A program made the translations under genes and the position numbers. From IMG/VR virus record IMGVR_UViG_3300045988_126550, positions 1-64,000 of that record: a DNA stretch of 64,000 nt; one strand, given 5' to 3'. How positions within the stretch are numbered: position 1 is the stretch's first letter; each line of letters opens with the position of its first letter. The notes beneath the pieces were generated by a model. That model was given only the letters and a program-made list of their open reading frames with translations, did no database searches and had not been told where the DNA came from. The stretch is from a virus. Of this stretch, positions 19,007-27,415 are shown piece by piece.

Positions 19007-21827
19007 CTATAATTTCACCTCCAATTCTAATAGTTTTATTAGAAAATTTCGTACCACAACAACAAAAATCTGCATTTTCACTCTTTTCTGGATATATAAG
19101 AGTATTATCATGTTTTTCTAACATATTTTTAATAATTTGAGTACCACAAACATCCCAAACTATAGTTTTACTCATTTTTCCAGTATAGCAAATATCTAAT
19201 AAAATATCACAAAGAGACTCTTCATTCGGGCAAATAGACGTCATATCTTCTATGAGAGTTTCTAGAAGTCTGTCTTTATCCTCTAATAATATCTTTCTTT
19301 CTTCTTCATTATTAATTTTTCTACTATTTAAAGTCTTCAAATTCATTAAATAATGCTCGCACAAACCTTTAATTTCTGCATAAGAGCTTCTTTTTACATT
19401 ATTTTTTGATTTATAAATACTATAGTCAAATTCTAATTCTTCACAAGAAAAATTTTCATCAAATTCTTCTTCTATTTTTCTACAAATGCGATTCATAGTA
19501 GAAGGAGACATATCAATAGGGCATTTTGCAGAACAATATTTAACAAATTTCGCCGCATCTTCACTTAAATTATCCATTTTTAGCATATCTTCAAACGAAA
19601 TGCCATATAGGCCAATTGATTTTGAATTGACTTCTTCAATAAATTTTTGATAATTAATTCTTTCTGTATCATAGTTATACATAAAGAAATACGGCTTTTT
19701 ATTTGCACAAATTGTTTGATTAAATGCTTTTTTCTCTTGAATTTCCTCAGAATCATCAGATTTTATAATATTTGCACCATATTGATACCATTCTTTTGGC
19801 ATCGGAATAGGTAAAATCCCCTTTGCTTTATCAATTTCTCTTTGCTGCAGTGCTTGACCACATTGAGTTCTATATCTTAATGTTTCATATTCTTTACTAT
19901 TTGGGGTATAATTTGCCATTAAACTTGTCATTTGTGTAATTTTATTTGTTATAGAGCCAATTTTACTGCCAAATCCAGCCTTATTTGAAGCAATTATATC
20001 CTCTTCTTTAACTACTTTTTTAGGAGCCTTTGTCTGTATGCAATTCAATGCAGGAAGATTAGTTTGTCTTCTTATCAACGACGCATTATTTGTTGTAAAT
20101 AATAAATCACCATCAAAATCAAAGCCATTTAATGCAGCTGGCATTGTATCCCATCCGTTTACAACTATACAAGTATCAATATATTGAAACCAATCAAGAG
20201 CTTTTTTATCTTTACATATATTTTGAGCAACTATAGAATGAGCATTACTCATTGGTGCTCTGAAACAAAGAACTCTATCTACACCTTCATCATACCAATA
20301 TTTACTATAAATTTCACCGGCCTTTAAAATTCCATGTGGTTCTAATCCAAACATACTTTCACAAAGAGCGTATAAATCTCCAGAAAGGATTTGGAAGTTT
20401 CCATGCAGATCCAAAACACCAATTTTAGCGTCTTTTATTCGTCTATTTATCATTTTTTTGATTTTTGAACGAATATAAGGATCATTTATAGCAATTTTAT
20501 CAATCATAAGCGCTTTTGCAATATTTTCAGCAAAAATTACATTTTTCTCGTTTAATCCCTTGCCACATAAATATGCAACGCTTTTTCTTGGATCTAACTC
20601 CATAATATCTTTAATTTCATTAACTGTTGGTGCAATAAGCTCATCTATATCATCATCTGTAAGATCTAAAGACTGTATAAATTGATAATTTAATTGTCTT
20701 ATATCATCATTTTCTTCCTCAGATGTTTTTGTAACCCTTAAAGTATAATGATTCGCAATACATTTTTCATAATAATCTTCCCATGAAGAATAACTGCCGC
20801 ACAACTTAAGCTGACTTTCAGTTAATATTAAATCAGCATCGCGTATATCTCTTTCTTTCCCCCAATAATCTTTAATTAAATACTTTTCTGGATGTTCTAC
20901 AGACGCACCAATAATTTCTTCTGCGAATCTAATAAAATCAAAAGTGAGAGCCATGCCTTTTGTAAACGCACAACGCATATTACATCCGCTCATTGTATGT
21001 TCTGAGTCTCCATTTAGCTCTCCATTCCACCTTTTAGATAAGTTGGGGAGCATCATTGAGCACCCATCCGACATATTATTTTCAAAATCTTCATTATGTT
21101 TCTCTGTTACTTTTGGCTCTACCGTTGGATCACTGTCATCTATTTCAATAAAATTCGTCTTAAAATGAACAACACAGTCTTTTACAACAATAATGCCTCC
21201 GGGAATATTACTTTCACGAGATCTAGGCCAGCTAACTGGAATTGATGCACTAGCGGCAAGTGATTCATAGGCTCCATACTTAGCAGGAGAGAGCTTTACA
21301 TCTGTATTCCTGCCATTTGCTATGCGTCTCTTTAACTCATCATGAATATTTACACTTTGCCCATTGTACTCAACGCATCTATCTGCGGCATATACAACAC
21401 TAGATGTTTTTACTCCATTGGTAGTGCAAATCAATCTTTTATATGCAACTCCATTTACTTTAAATCCTTTATTTGCTCTATCATAATCAGAATTTTTATC
21501 AAAAACCACACACAAATAATCCTTTTTGAACTGTAAATCATATAATTCTGTATATTTTTCTGAAACTTTTTTCTTGTTGTCATCACTATTTGGCTGTTTT
21601 TTAATTTCTTTTATGTCTTTTTTAATTTGTTTTGCTCTTGAATCATAATCCTCAGTTCCATTTAATTCATTAATCCAAGTTAAAATTTGTGAATCAGCCA
21701 AAGAAACAACAACCCCAGGAATTTTTCTTGCGTCTGACAATGGTAACTCTAATTCCCAATTATTTTGCTTGAGCAGACTTGAATTAATTTTATATATATA
21801 CTGTTGTGTTTTTTGCTGTTTTGCCAA
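18996..21827 (-). CDS. RdRP/YonO-like single-subunit RNA polymerase candidate (two-barrel type)
   Basis: Collinear motifs NMRCAFTKGMALTFD (cf. Q-I-R..G.KG of cellular RdRPs), FRAPMSNAHS (cf. R.P.lh), then about 55 aa later NGFDFDGDLLF (DxDGD metal site, cf. beta-prime NADFDGD). Size about 940 aa. Start uncertain: TTG 21827 sits 8 nt after GGAGG; the track start is 21842. Confidence 0.65.
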   Translation of the reverse strand: MAKQQKTQQYIYKINSSLLKQNNWELELPLSDARKIPGVVVSLADSQILTWINELNGTEDYDSRAKQIKKDIKEIKKQPNSDDNKKKVSEKYTELYDLQFKKDYLCVVFDKNSDYDRANKGFKVNGVAYKRLICTTNGVKTSSVVYAADRCVEYNGQSVNIHDELKRRIANGRNTDVKLSPAKYGAYESLAASASIPVSWPRSRESNIPGGIIVVKDCVVHFKTNFIEIDDSDPTVEPKVTEKHNEDFENNMSDGCSMMLPNLSKRWNGELNGDSEHTMSGCNMRCAFTKGMALTFDFIRFAEEIIGASVEHPEKYLIKDYWGKERDIRDADLILTESQLKLCGSYSSWEDYYEKCIANHYTLRVTKTSEEENDDIRQLNYQFIQSLDLTDDDIDELIAPTVNEIKDIMELDPRKSVAYLCGKGLNEKNVIFAENIAKALMIDKIAINDPYIRSKIKKMINRRIKDAKIGVLDLHGNFQILSGDLYALCESMFGLEPHGILKAGEIYSKYWYDEGVDRVLCFRAPMSNAHSIVAQNICKDKKALDWFQYIDTCIVVNGWDTMPAALNGFDFDGDLLFTTNNASLIRRQTNLPALNCIQTKAPKKVVKEEDIIASNKAGFGSKIGSITNKITQMTSLMANYTPNSKEYETLRYRTQCGQALQQREIDKAKGILPIPMPKEWYQYGANIIKSDDSEEIQEKKAFNQTICANKKPYFFMYNYDTERINYQKFIEEVNSKSIGLYGISFEDMLKMDNLSEDAAKFVKYCSAKCPIDMSPSTMNRICRKIEEEFDENFSCEELEFDYSIYKSKNNVKRSSYAEIKGLCEHYLMNLKTLNSRKINNEEERKILLEDKDRLLETLIEDMTSICPNEESLCDILLDICYTGKMSKTIVWDVCGTQIIKNMLEKHDNTLIYPEKSENADFCCCGTKFSNKTIRIGGEIIDEI

Positions 21828-21851
21828 ACGCACCACCTCCAAACCACAAAA

Positions 21852-22091
21852 TTATTCGCCAATTTCTCTTATTTCATAACAATTTTCACAAAAATTATCG
21901 CCATTTTTTAATTTAACGTATTCGCCATTTATCCAATCTCCACAATTATCACATTTATGTGTTTCTGCATAGGTTCCACCACAAGATGGGCACCCATCCC
22001 ATTCTTCATATGGAGGGGAGTCCAAACCGTGTGTTTCTATCCAATGTTTAGGCTCGTTAAAAATACAACCACAATCCAAACAAATAAACAT
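21852..22091 (-). CDS. Zn-ribbon protein, ~79 aa
   Basis: CLDCG..CPSCGG..CDNCG..CENC. ATG 22091 preferred (GGTGGTGA SD). Confidence 0.6.
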   Translation of the reverse strand: MFICLDCGCIFNEPKHWIETHGLDSPPYEEWDGCPSCGGTYAETHKCDNCGDWINGEYVKLKNGDNFCENCYEIREIGE

Positions 22092-22112
22092 AATTATCAC
22101 CACCATTCAAAA

Positions 22113-22460
22113 TTACTCAACCGTCATTGTCATAAGATTTCCATTTTTATCTGGAATACCCATAAAACTTATATTTGTTGTTAATGATTTGTTAGATATA
22201 TAACTTGCAACCTCCCTACCAATGATGTCATAACAGTTAACCGTATCTGCCGACATTTCAATTGTGTTCAATATTGGCTTTACTAATTGAGTAATATATA
22301 CTTGTTGCCCATTCATATTTGTACGTATTTTCAAATAAAATGGTTCACCACTTTCAAAATCAATGGCACTCATATCATAATAAGAAGTCCCACAATACGG
22401 GCATTTATTCTTATTAATATCATATGGAGCTCCGCAATTAGGGCAGTTTCTTCTTCGCAT
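22113..22460 (-). CDS. hypothetical protein with N-terminal Zn-ribbon (CPNCG..CPYCG)
   Basis: Track ORF; ATG 22460 with an AAGGAG SD. Confidence 0.6.
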   Translation of the reverse strand: MRRRNCPNCGAPYDINKNKCPYCGTSYYDMSAIDFESGEPFYLKIRTNMNGQQVYITQLVKPILNTIEMSADTVNCYDIIGREVASYISNKSLTTNISFMGIPDKNGNLMTMTVE

Positions 22461-22471
22461 CAAACCACTCC

Positions 22472-22768
22472 TTAATAGGCTGCTTCTTCTTTAATAAATT
22501 TTAAAATTTCTTTTGCGCAACCATCATCATCTGCATGGCACTCAAAGCATCTAAACGTAGTCGCACAATCATGATATACGAGCTTAGAAAACCAAGATGC
22601 AAGCTCTTCATCAGACATAGAACGAAATTTATCACCATTCGTCATTGGAACTTCAATTTCACCAGTTCCATTACATTCAAGACATTTTTCACTCCAGATG
22701 GAGCAATCATTAAATTTTGAAATAAAACCATGCCCCTTACAAGCAGGGCAACTAATTTTCTTTTTCAT
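22472..22768 (-). CDS. hypothetical protein with DnaJ-type CxxCxGxG zinc-finger repeats
   Basis: CPACKGHG and CLECNGTG; GAGGTGA SD. Confidence 0.6.
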   Translation of the reverse strand: MKKKISCPACKGHGFISKFNDCSIWSEKCLECNGTGEIEVPMTNGDKFRSMSDEELASWFSKLVYHDCATTFRCFECHADDDGCAKEILKFIKEEAAY

Positions 22769-22776
22769 AATTCACC

Positions 22777-23172
22777 TCAACCAAATTGATATTCTACATG
22801 ACCGCATCTATCACAACAATATTCATATTTCGCAGGATAAGAAGTTAGTACTACCATTTCATTGCGACGCATACCGCCTTTATGACATTTAGGGCAAATA
22901 TACTTTGGTTCTGACCATTCTTGTGGATAGCACATAGAATCTTCAATAAATTTACGATATTCATCCGCAGTAGGGAGCCCTGTATTTAATTCACTCACAG
23001 ATACATCACCGGTATTTTTACCATAAGTAATTTGCAACGTCTTCATATCAGTAGTTGTAGTAGTGGTAACAGTCTTATTGATAGGAAAATCATTATTCTG
23101 ACAATTCTCACAAGGGTTAATGATACTCCAATATGGCCCGTTATATGGACAATTCTCACATAATTTATTCAT
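22777..23172 (-). CDS. Cys-rich hypothetical protein, 131 aa
   Basis: Track ORF; CGGAGG SD; several CxxC pairs. Confidence 0.6.
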   Translation of the reverse strand: MNKLCENCPYNGPYWSIINPCENCQNNDFPINKTVTTTTTTDMKTLQITYGKNTGDVSVSELNTGLPTADEYRKFIEDSMCYPQEWSEPKYICPKCHKGGMRRNEMVVLTSYPAKYEYCCDRCGHVEYQFG

Positions 23173-23177
23173 ATATT

Positions 23178-23276
23178 TTACCTCCGTATATTTTTTAAAT
23201 TATTTTTATCAAAATGGTTAATAGCGAAAAGTCCTACAATAAATGCTAGAACAATCACGCATACTTCTAAAGACAT
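23178..23276 (-). CDS. small membrane protein candidate, 32 aa
   Basis: Own translation MSLEVCVIVLAFIVGLFAINHFDKNNLKNIRR*. GGAGG SD 8 nt upstream; one hydrophobic helix. Below the track cutoff. Confidence 0.45.
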   Translation of the reverse strand: MSLEVCVIVLAFIVGLFAINHFDKNNLKNIRR

Positions 23277-23378
23277 AATAAAACCTCCAAAATTTAATCA
23301 TTATACAATTGGAATACAATACTAATTTAAATATCAATACATGCACCCATGAGTTTATACTATTAAAATTTTCATTTG

Positions 23379-23395
23379 AATTAATATTGTATTGT
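23379..23395 (-). promoter_or_regulatory. motif copy (variant ACAATACAATATTAATT)
   Basis: Read on the gene strand, just after the stop of 23406..23678. Confidence 0.5.
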
Positions 23396-23405
23396 AATAA
23401 AAATA

Positions 23406-23678
23406 TTACTTATTTCTGCTTGCCTGTAGACGAGCGGCAATTGCAGCCCTTTGCTCATCTGATAGATTTACCTGCTTAGGAGGAGAAACCTTAATCCAAG
23501 ACTTAGGCACCTCAAACTCCGACATTTCATCTGAACTACGAACAACATGGATATCCGGATTCACACCAACAAGTTTATTAAGCTTATTTCTCAAGGCCTT
23601 ATTGAAAGTATAAACAGAGGCGGTCTTTTCTTCTTCGTTAAAATTAATAATTGTTTCACGCTCATAAGATGTTAACAT
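23406..23678 (-). CDS. hypothetical protein, 90 aa
   Basis: Track ORF; TGGAGG SD. Confidence 0.6.
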   Translation of the reverse strand: MLTSYERETIINFNEEEKTASVYTFNKALRNKLNKLVGVNPDIHVVRSSDEMSEFEVPKSWIKVSPPKQVNLSDEQRAAIAARLQASRNK

Positions 23679-23719
23679 AAATATATAACCTCCATTAATA
23701 TCATATTATTCTCACTTCT

Positions 23720-24145
23720 TTAATCCCACAACGAAAAGAAGTATTCGCTAAAGAGCTTAAAAAACTCATTTTTAGCATTTATCCGTGTTTCATATTCTGT
23801 TTTCCAATCCATATTGTCATAAATTTCATTATTTTCGTCCATTTTATCAAGAAAGCCAATCATTTTATCAAGGATAGTATCATATGCCTTTTCATTTTCT
23901 TCATCCCATGTTTCGTAATCATTGAATTCAACAACACATGGACTACCGAATCTATTATGACGATAATTTATTAAAATCTCTCGCATCATATCTATAAAAT
24001 ATGCAAAGGTTTCCCATCGGGCAACAGGAGAGTAGCCATGCTTGAGCGTAAAGAAAATGCGTTTAAAAAGAATATGGATGTCTCTGAAATTTTTCCAAAA
24101 ATACTTACCACGGTACATAAAAAGACCACAAGTAATTTTATTCAT
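23720..24145 (-). CDS. hypothetical protein, ~141 aa
   Basis: Track ORF 23720..24151. ATG 24145 preferred (GGAGGAG SD; ATGA overlap with the upstream stop). Confidence 0.6.
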   Translation of the reverse strand: MNKITCGLFMYRGKYFWKNFRDIHILFKRIFFTLKHGYSPVARWETFAYFIDMMREILINYRHNRFGSPCVVEFNDYETWDEENEKAYDTILDKMIGFLDKMDENNEIYDNMDWKTEYETRINAKNEFFKLFSEYFFSLWD

Positions 24146-24471
24146 AGCCAATTCTCCTCCATTTTACGCATATCCTCATTGAACCTCTTTTCTGTAGCTT
24201 CAACATCTGCCAAAACATCTTCTTTTGTCTTACCAAGCTTTTTGAGGGTGCGTTCAATCTTATCTTTTGCCCAAACTGCTAGGTCGTTCCAACCAACGCA
24301 CCAAACAGTACCTACAATATCATTATAAGGCTCCAGACCTTCGTTTAAACATTTTTCGCAATAAGCATTGATACAAGCGCCGAGAGTAGACGCTGCGACG
24401 ACCACAGGAGCTTCCTTGCCACATACTTCACAGACGCCATGTCTAGCCATATCAGTAAAAGTCTTTTTCAT
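24142..24471 (-). CDS. hypothetical protein, ~109 aa
   Basis: Track ORF; ATG 24471 with a GGAGGA SD. Confidence 0.6.
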   Translation of the reverse strand: MKKTFTDMARHGVCEVCGKEAPVVVAASTLGACINAYCEKCLNEGLEPYNDIVGTVWCVGWNDLAVWAKDKIERTLKKLGKTKEDVLADVEATEKRFNEDMRKMEENWL

Positions 24472-24509
24472 CAATACAAATCCTCCGAATATAATTCATT
24501 TTTCATAAT

Positions 24510-24845
24510 TTAATCTTTTCTTTCATAATGTCCAGGAACCCACACTAGGTTCTCGCCGTTGATCTCCTCCCAAGCATCTGCCATTTCAGTAAGACACTCA
24601 AGACAACAAATCCAAGTACTACAACATTGATCCTTTAGAAGTTCTTCAGAAGCTTTGTCAAAAAGGGCAGTAGGGATTCTTTCTTTTACTTCTTGTATGT
24701 CCTCATTAATGCGTTTCTGTATGATAGGAGAAATATCAATAGTAGGACATTTATCAATTAAATCATATTCATCATCAAATTTGATTTCTCCACGTATATA
24801 TTTGTCTCTTAGCTTCTTTAGTTCATCAGCATCAATCGGGCGCAT
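24510..24845 (-). CDS. hypothetical protein, member of the IDADEL-N-terminus paralogue set
   Basis: Starts MRPIDADELKKL; Cys cluster CCSTWICCLEC. Confidence 0.6.
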   Translation of the reverse strand: MRPIDADELKKLRDKYIRGEIKFDDEYDLIDKCPTIDISPIIQKRINEDIQEVKERIPTALFDKASEELLKDQCCSTWICCLECLTEMADAWEEINGENLVWVPGHYERKD

Positions 24846-25102
24846 TAGTATTTTACCTTCTTTCTTTTACCGTACTTACAGAAAAATTCCGAATCATCCG
24901 GGCATTTCGTCTGAAGCGCCCAACAATAAATAAAATTTTCTCCTTCATCATGATATTCGCAATCCTTACAACGTACAATAGGAACGGCATCAATGGTATG
25001 TGCTGTATCAATGCAATAAAATGCCGTTTCCTTATCCTCATATTCACCGAAGTGTTCGTTCTCAATAGTGCCTCTCAGCTCATCGGCATCAATCAGTCGC
25101 AT
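24845..25102 (-). CDS. hypothetical protein, member of the IDADEL-N-terminus paralogue set
   Basis: Starts MRLIDADELRGT; ..DAVPIVRCKDCEYH. Confidence 0.6.
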   Translation of the reverse strand: MRLIDADELRGTIENEHFGEYEDKETAFYCIDTAHTIDAVPIVRCKDCEYHDEGENFIYCWALQTKCPDDSEFFCKYGKRKKVKY

Positions 25103-25601
25103 CTATAATATCCTCCAAACTTGCAAATAGTAGTGATAGGTCTGGCTTAACCTTTTGTTCAAACTTGCAATGTTCCATATTGTTTAGCAGATTACATCCT
25201 GAACCTTCCAAAAAAATATTATGGTGTGTACATTCAGTGCAATTTTCTTTATTAGTATATTCAGCCATTTCCATACCTCCATCCATCTTCGCTCCACAAT
25301 TTGGACAGAATTTTGATAATACAAATTCATTATTACAATCCAATGTGGCTTCTTCATTGCAGTTAGAACATTCATATCCGGCAATTGGGTCACGCCCTGC
25401 AAATTCTGGATTCCAGCCCGTTACCTCACTTTCATAAAAAGGGATCCAAATCCCATGCACAACCGGCGTAACGTCGGTAGAGGGCGCATTTTTAATTCGC
25501 CAGATTGCGTCTTCTGTTCTATCTCTTTGGTATGGGTATTCGACAGATTTCAGCCATTCAAATTCTGCAAGCAGCGCTTCCCGATCTATATATTCAGGCA
25601 T
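25089..25601 (-). CDS. hypothetical Zn-ribbon protein, paralogue set member
   Basis: ATG 25601 preferred (MPEYIDREALL..); ..VTPVVHGIW.. and FCPNCGAKMDGG. Confidence 0.6.
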   Translation of the reverse strand: MPEYIDREALLAEFEWLKSVEYPYQRDRTEDAIWRIKNAPSTDVTPVVHGIWIPFYESEVTGWNPEFAGRDPIAGYECSNCNEEATLDCNNEFVLSKFCPNCGAKMDGGMEMAEYTNKENCTECTHHNIFLEGSGCNLLNNMEHCKFEQKVKPDLSLLFASLEDIIDATD

Positions 25602-25869
25602 TATATTCATCTCCATCCATTTTTGCGCCGCAATTAGGGCAGTATGGCGACCTTACTTTATTTTTTCTATTGCACCAAGCGTAATCTTCCTTGTATACTT
25701 TTTTCTGACAAACTGAGCAATACACTCCAGCATTTGCGCAATCAGCTAACGATATCCAATGTCCATGTCGTACCGGAGCAGCATCAGTTATAAATGAATT
25801 CATACAAGAATAGCAAACCTGTATACCTTCTGGAATAATTTTTCCGCAGCATACGCAACGATTTTCCAT
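25594..25869 (-). CDS. hypothetical Zn-ribbon protein, paralogue set member
   Basis: ..DAAPVRHGHW.. and YCPNCGAKMDGD; AAAGGAGG SD directly after motif copy 25884..25898. Confidence 0.6.
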   Translation of the reverse strand: MENRCVCCGKIIPEGIQVCYSCMNSFITDAAPVRHGHWISLADCANAGVYCSVCQKKVYKEDYAWCNRKNKVRSPYCPNCGAKMDGDEYNA

Positions 25870-25883
25870 ATTTAAATACCTCC

Positions 25884-25898
25884 TTTAATTTTGTATTG
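25884..25898 (-). promoter_or_regulatory. conserved intergenic motif copy
   Basis: Gene-strand CAATACAAAATTAAA followed by GGAGG. Confidence 0.7.
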
Positions 25899-25932
25899 TT
25901 ATTATAACACATTTTTCCAGTTTGTCAATGGG

Positions 25933-26241
25933 TTATAGTTCGTTATCTTCTGGTAATTCATAAAATTCATATCCATCATTTGTTTCTACTAAATAGCCAT
26001 ATTCAATAAGATCCGCAATAGCGTCATAATAAGACGACTTCGATAGCCCAGTTTCTTTCATGACATGTGTTCTGCGCAGAATTGGATTCCAGCCGTCATC
26101 ATTTTGCATGAAATAAGTATATAGATAGAATCCAGACTTTGTTAGTACACGCATAGCTTCTTTATTTGCCGCCACATTGGCTTTATAGTAATGATGATCC
26201 TCATCCATAATTGTCTTATTGATAAGGACTTTTTTCTCCAT
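25933..26241 (-). CDS. winged-helix DNA-binding protein candidate, 102 aa
   Basis: ..ETGLSKSSYYDAIADLIEYGYLVE.. HTH-plus-wing pattern. First gene of the minus arm, next to the iterons. Confidence 0.5.
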   Translation of the reverse strand: MEKKVLINKTIMDEDHHYYKANVAANKEAMRVLTKSGFYLYTYFMQNDDGWNPILRRTHVMKETGLSKSSYYDAIADLIEYGYLVETNDGYEFYELPEDNEL

Positions 26242-26255
26242 TGCACCACCCCCAA

Positions 26256-26270
26256 GTTAATTTTGTGTTG
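26256..26270 (-). promoter_or_regulatory. motif copy (variant CAACACAAAATTAAC)
   Basis: 5 nt downstream of the TATTAT -10, followed by a GGGGGTGG SD. Confidence 0.6.
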
Positions 26271-26272
26271 TA

Positions 26273-26301
26273 ATAATAGCACAAGGTTTTAATTTTGTCA
26301 A
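26273..26301 (-). promoter_or_regulatory. sigma-A-like promoter TTGACA-N17-TATTAT for the wHTH gene
   Basis: Gene strand TTGACAAAATTAAAACCTTGTGCTATTAT; the iterons begin 8 nt upstream of the -35. Confidence 0.55.
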
Positions 26302-26305
26302 GAGG

Positions 26306-26575
26306 GTGTGTCCCAATTTTCGGAATATAGTGTCCTAATTTTCGGAAAAATTATTCCAGAAAATAGGACGCTTAATATAATATATATTAATATAATAATT
26401 TAATATAATATAAATCACAAAAAACAAGATGGTATGGGCGCGGCGAGTGGTGGTTAAAGATAGTGTCCTATTTTTCGGAAAAAGTGTGTCCCATTTTTCG
26501 GAAAAAAAATTCCGAAATTTAGGACACTTAATATAATTATATTTAATATAAAAAATATTAATATAATAGGAGGGC
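26306..26575. repeat. iteron array: six copies of a ~17-bp repeat TGTCCYAWTTTTCGGAA in two [direct, direct, inverted] clusters, each followed by a ~45-bp A+T tract
   Basis: Copies at 26309-26325, 26331-26347, 26354-26371 (inverted), 26464-26480, 26487-26503, 26510-26526 (inverted). The following tracts CTTAATATAATATATATTAATATAATAATTTAATATAAT and CTTAATATAATTATATTTAATATAAAAAATATTAATATAAT are themselves related. Confidence 0.85.
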
Positions 26576-27343
26576 AAAAGAGAAATAGTTTGAATGGTAT
26601 TTGGGTTTGGTTGGGTATAGTTTATATGGACAGGTGTGGGAGATGGTTGAAAGCGTTCTGGTATATGATAGGCTGATTTTGCAATATGTGTGGTGTATAT
26701 ATTATATCAACCCTCTAGCGAGTTTTTGCCGACTCGTTTCACTTCGTCTTCAAAAAACGTCCCAGTCATGGGACTCTCGCTTTGTCTGGCTTGCTAAAGC
26801 AAACCATCCAAAATAAGATTTGAAACGGATTTTGGCAATGATTAGTTGGTGTGTAAATGTTTGTATAGTAATTGGACAGATATTTTTGATGAATTTTATA
26901 TATTCTGGATTGAATTATAAAGAAATTGTTGGTTAAATTAGCCGTTTTACAATTTTGATGCTGTAATAATTAAGAGAAAATTTATAGCAAAAGTTTAATA
27001 TATAGGTAATTATATGTTGTTATTTTACGATTCATATTGTTAATTTAATCTGATAAATGATTTGTTTTATAATTTATATAATGGATAATTTTGTATAAAG
27101 AGACGTGTAAAATGGGTTTGATAGTGGGAAATTATTAGAAAAGAGTGCTGTTTTATGTGGCAGTGGTCAACGATATTTAGATGATATTTAGGTAATATTT
27201 GACACAATAATAGTGAAAAAGTTTAGAGAAATTTTTCTGAGTTAGTGTATATGATAACCTCGTATACCCAACATTGAAAAAACCATTGCAAACGCTAGTT
27301 TTATGTACCCCGGATGCGTGATTACACGTCGAAAAAATCAATT

Positions 27344-27374
27344 TTCTCAAAATATCAATTTTGAGAAGTTTTTT
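27344..27374 (+). terminator. rho-independent terminator (10-bp perfect stem, loop ATCA, T6), potentially bidirectional
   Basis: TTCTCAAAAT-ATCA-ATTTTGAGAA-GTTTTTT, with an A-run upstream. Confidence 0.7.
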
Positions 27375-27385
27375 GCTTTTCTGGC

Positions 27386-27415
27386 TGTCAAAACACAAAA
27401 AAATTGTGCTATGTT
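27386..27415 (+). promoter_or_regulatory. candidate early promoter (TGTCAA-N18-TGcTATGTT, extended -10)
   Basis: Read directly; about 75-nt leader to ATG 27492. Confidence 0.35.

Noticed and set aside
26306-26527. Possible CRISPR array
   Set aside because: The repeats are only ~17 bp, occur in mixed orientation with irregular 5-90 bp spacing, number only six and have no cas genes nearby. This is an iteron or operator layout instead.
26335-26577. Track ORF (minus, 80 aa) covering the intergenic junction
   Set aside because: The translation is low-complexity (NIFYIKYNYIK..). It has no SD. It is built entirely from the iterons and A+T tracts, so the repeats explain the sequence better.
26601-26816. 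Track ORF (plus, 71 aa) in the ORF-free region
   Set aside because: It starts at TTG, has no SD and shows odd composition. It was not accepted as coding.
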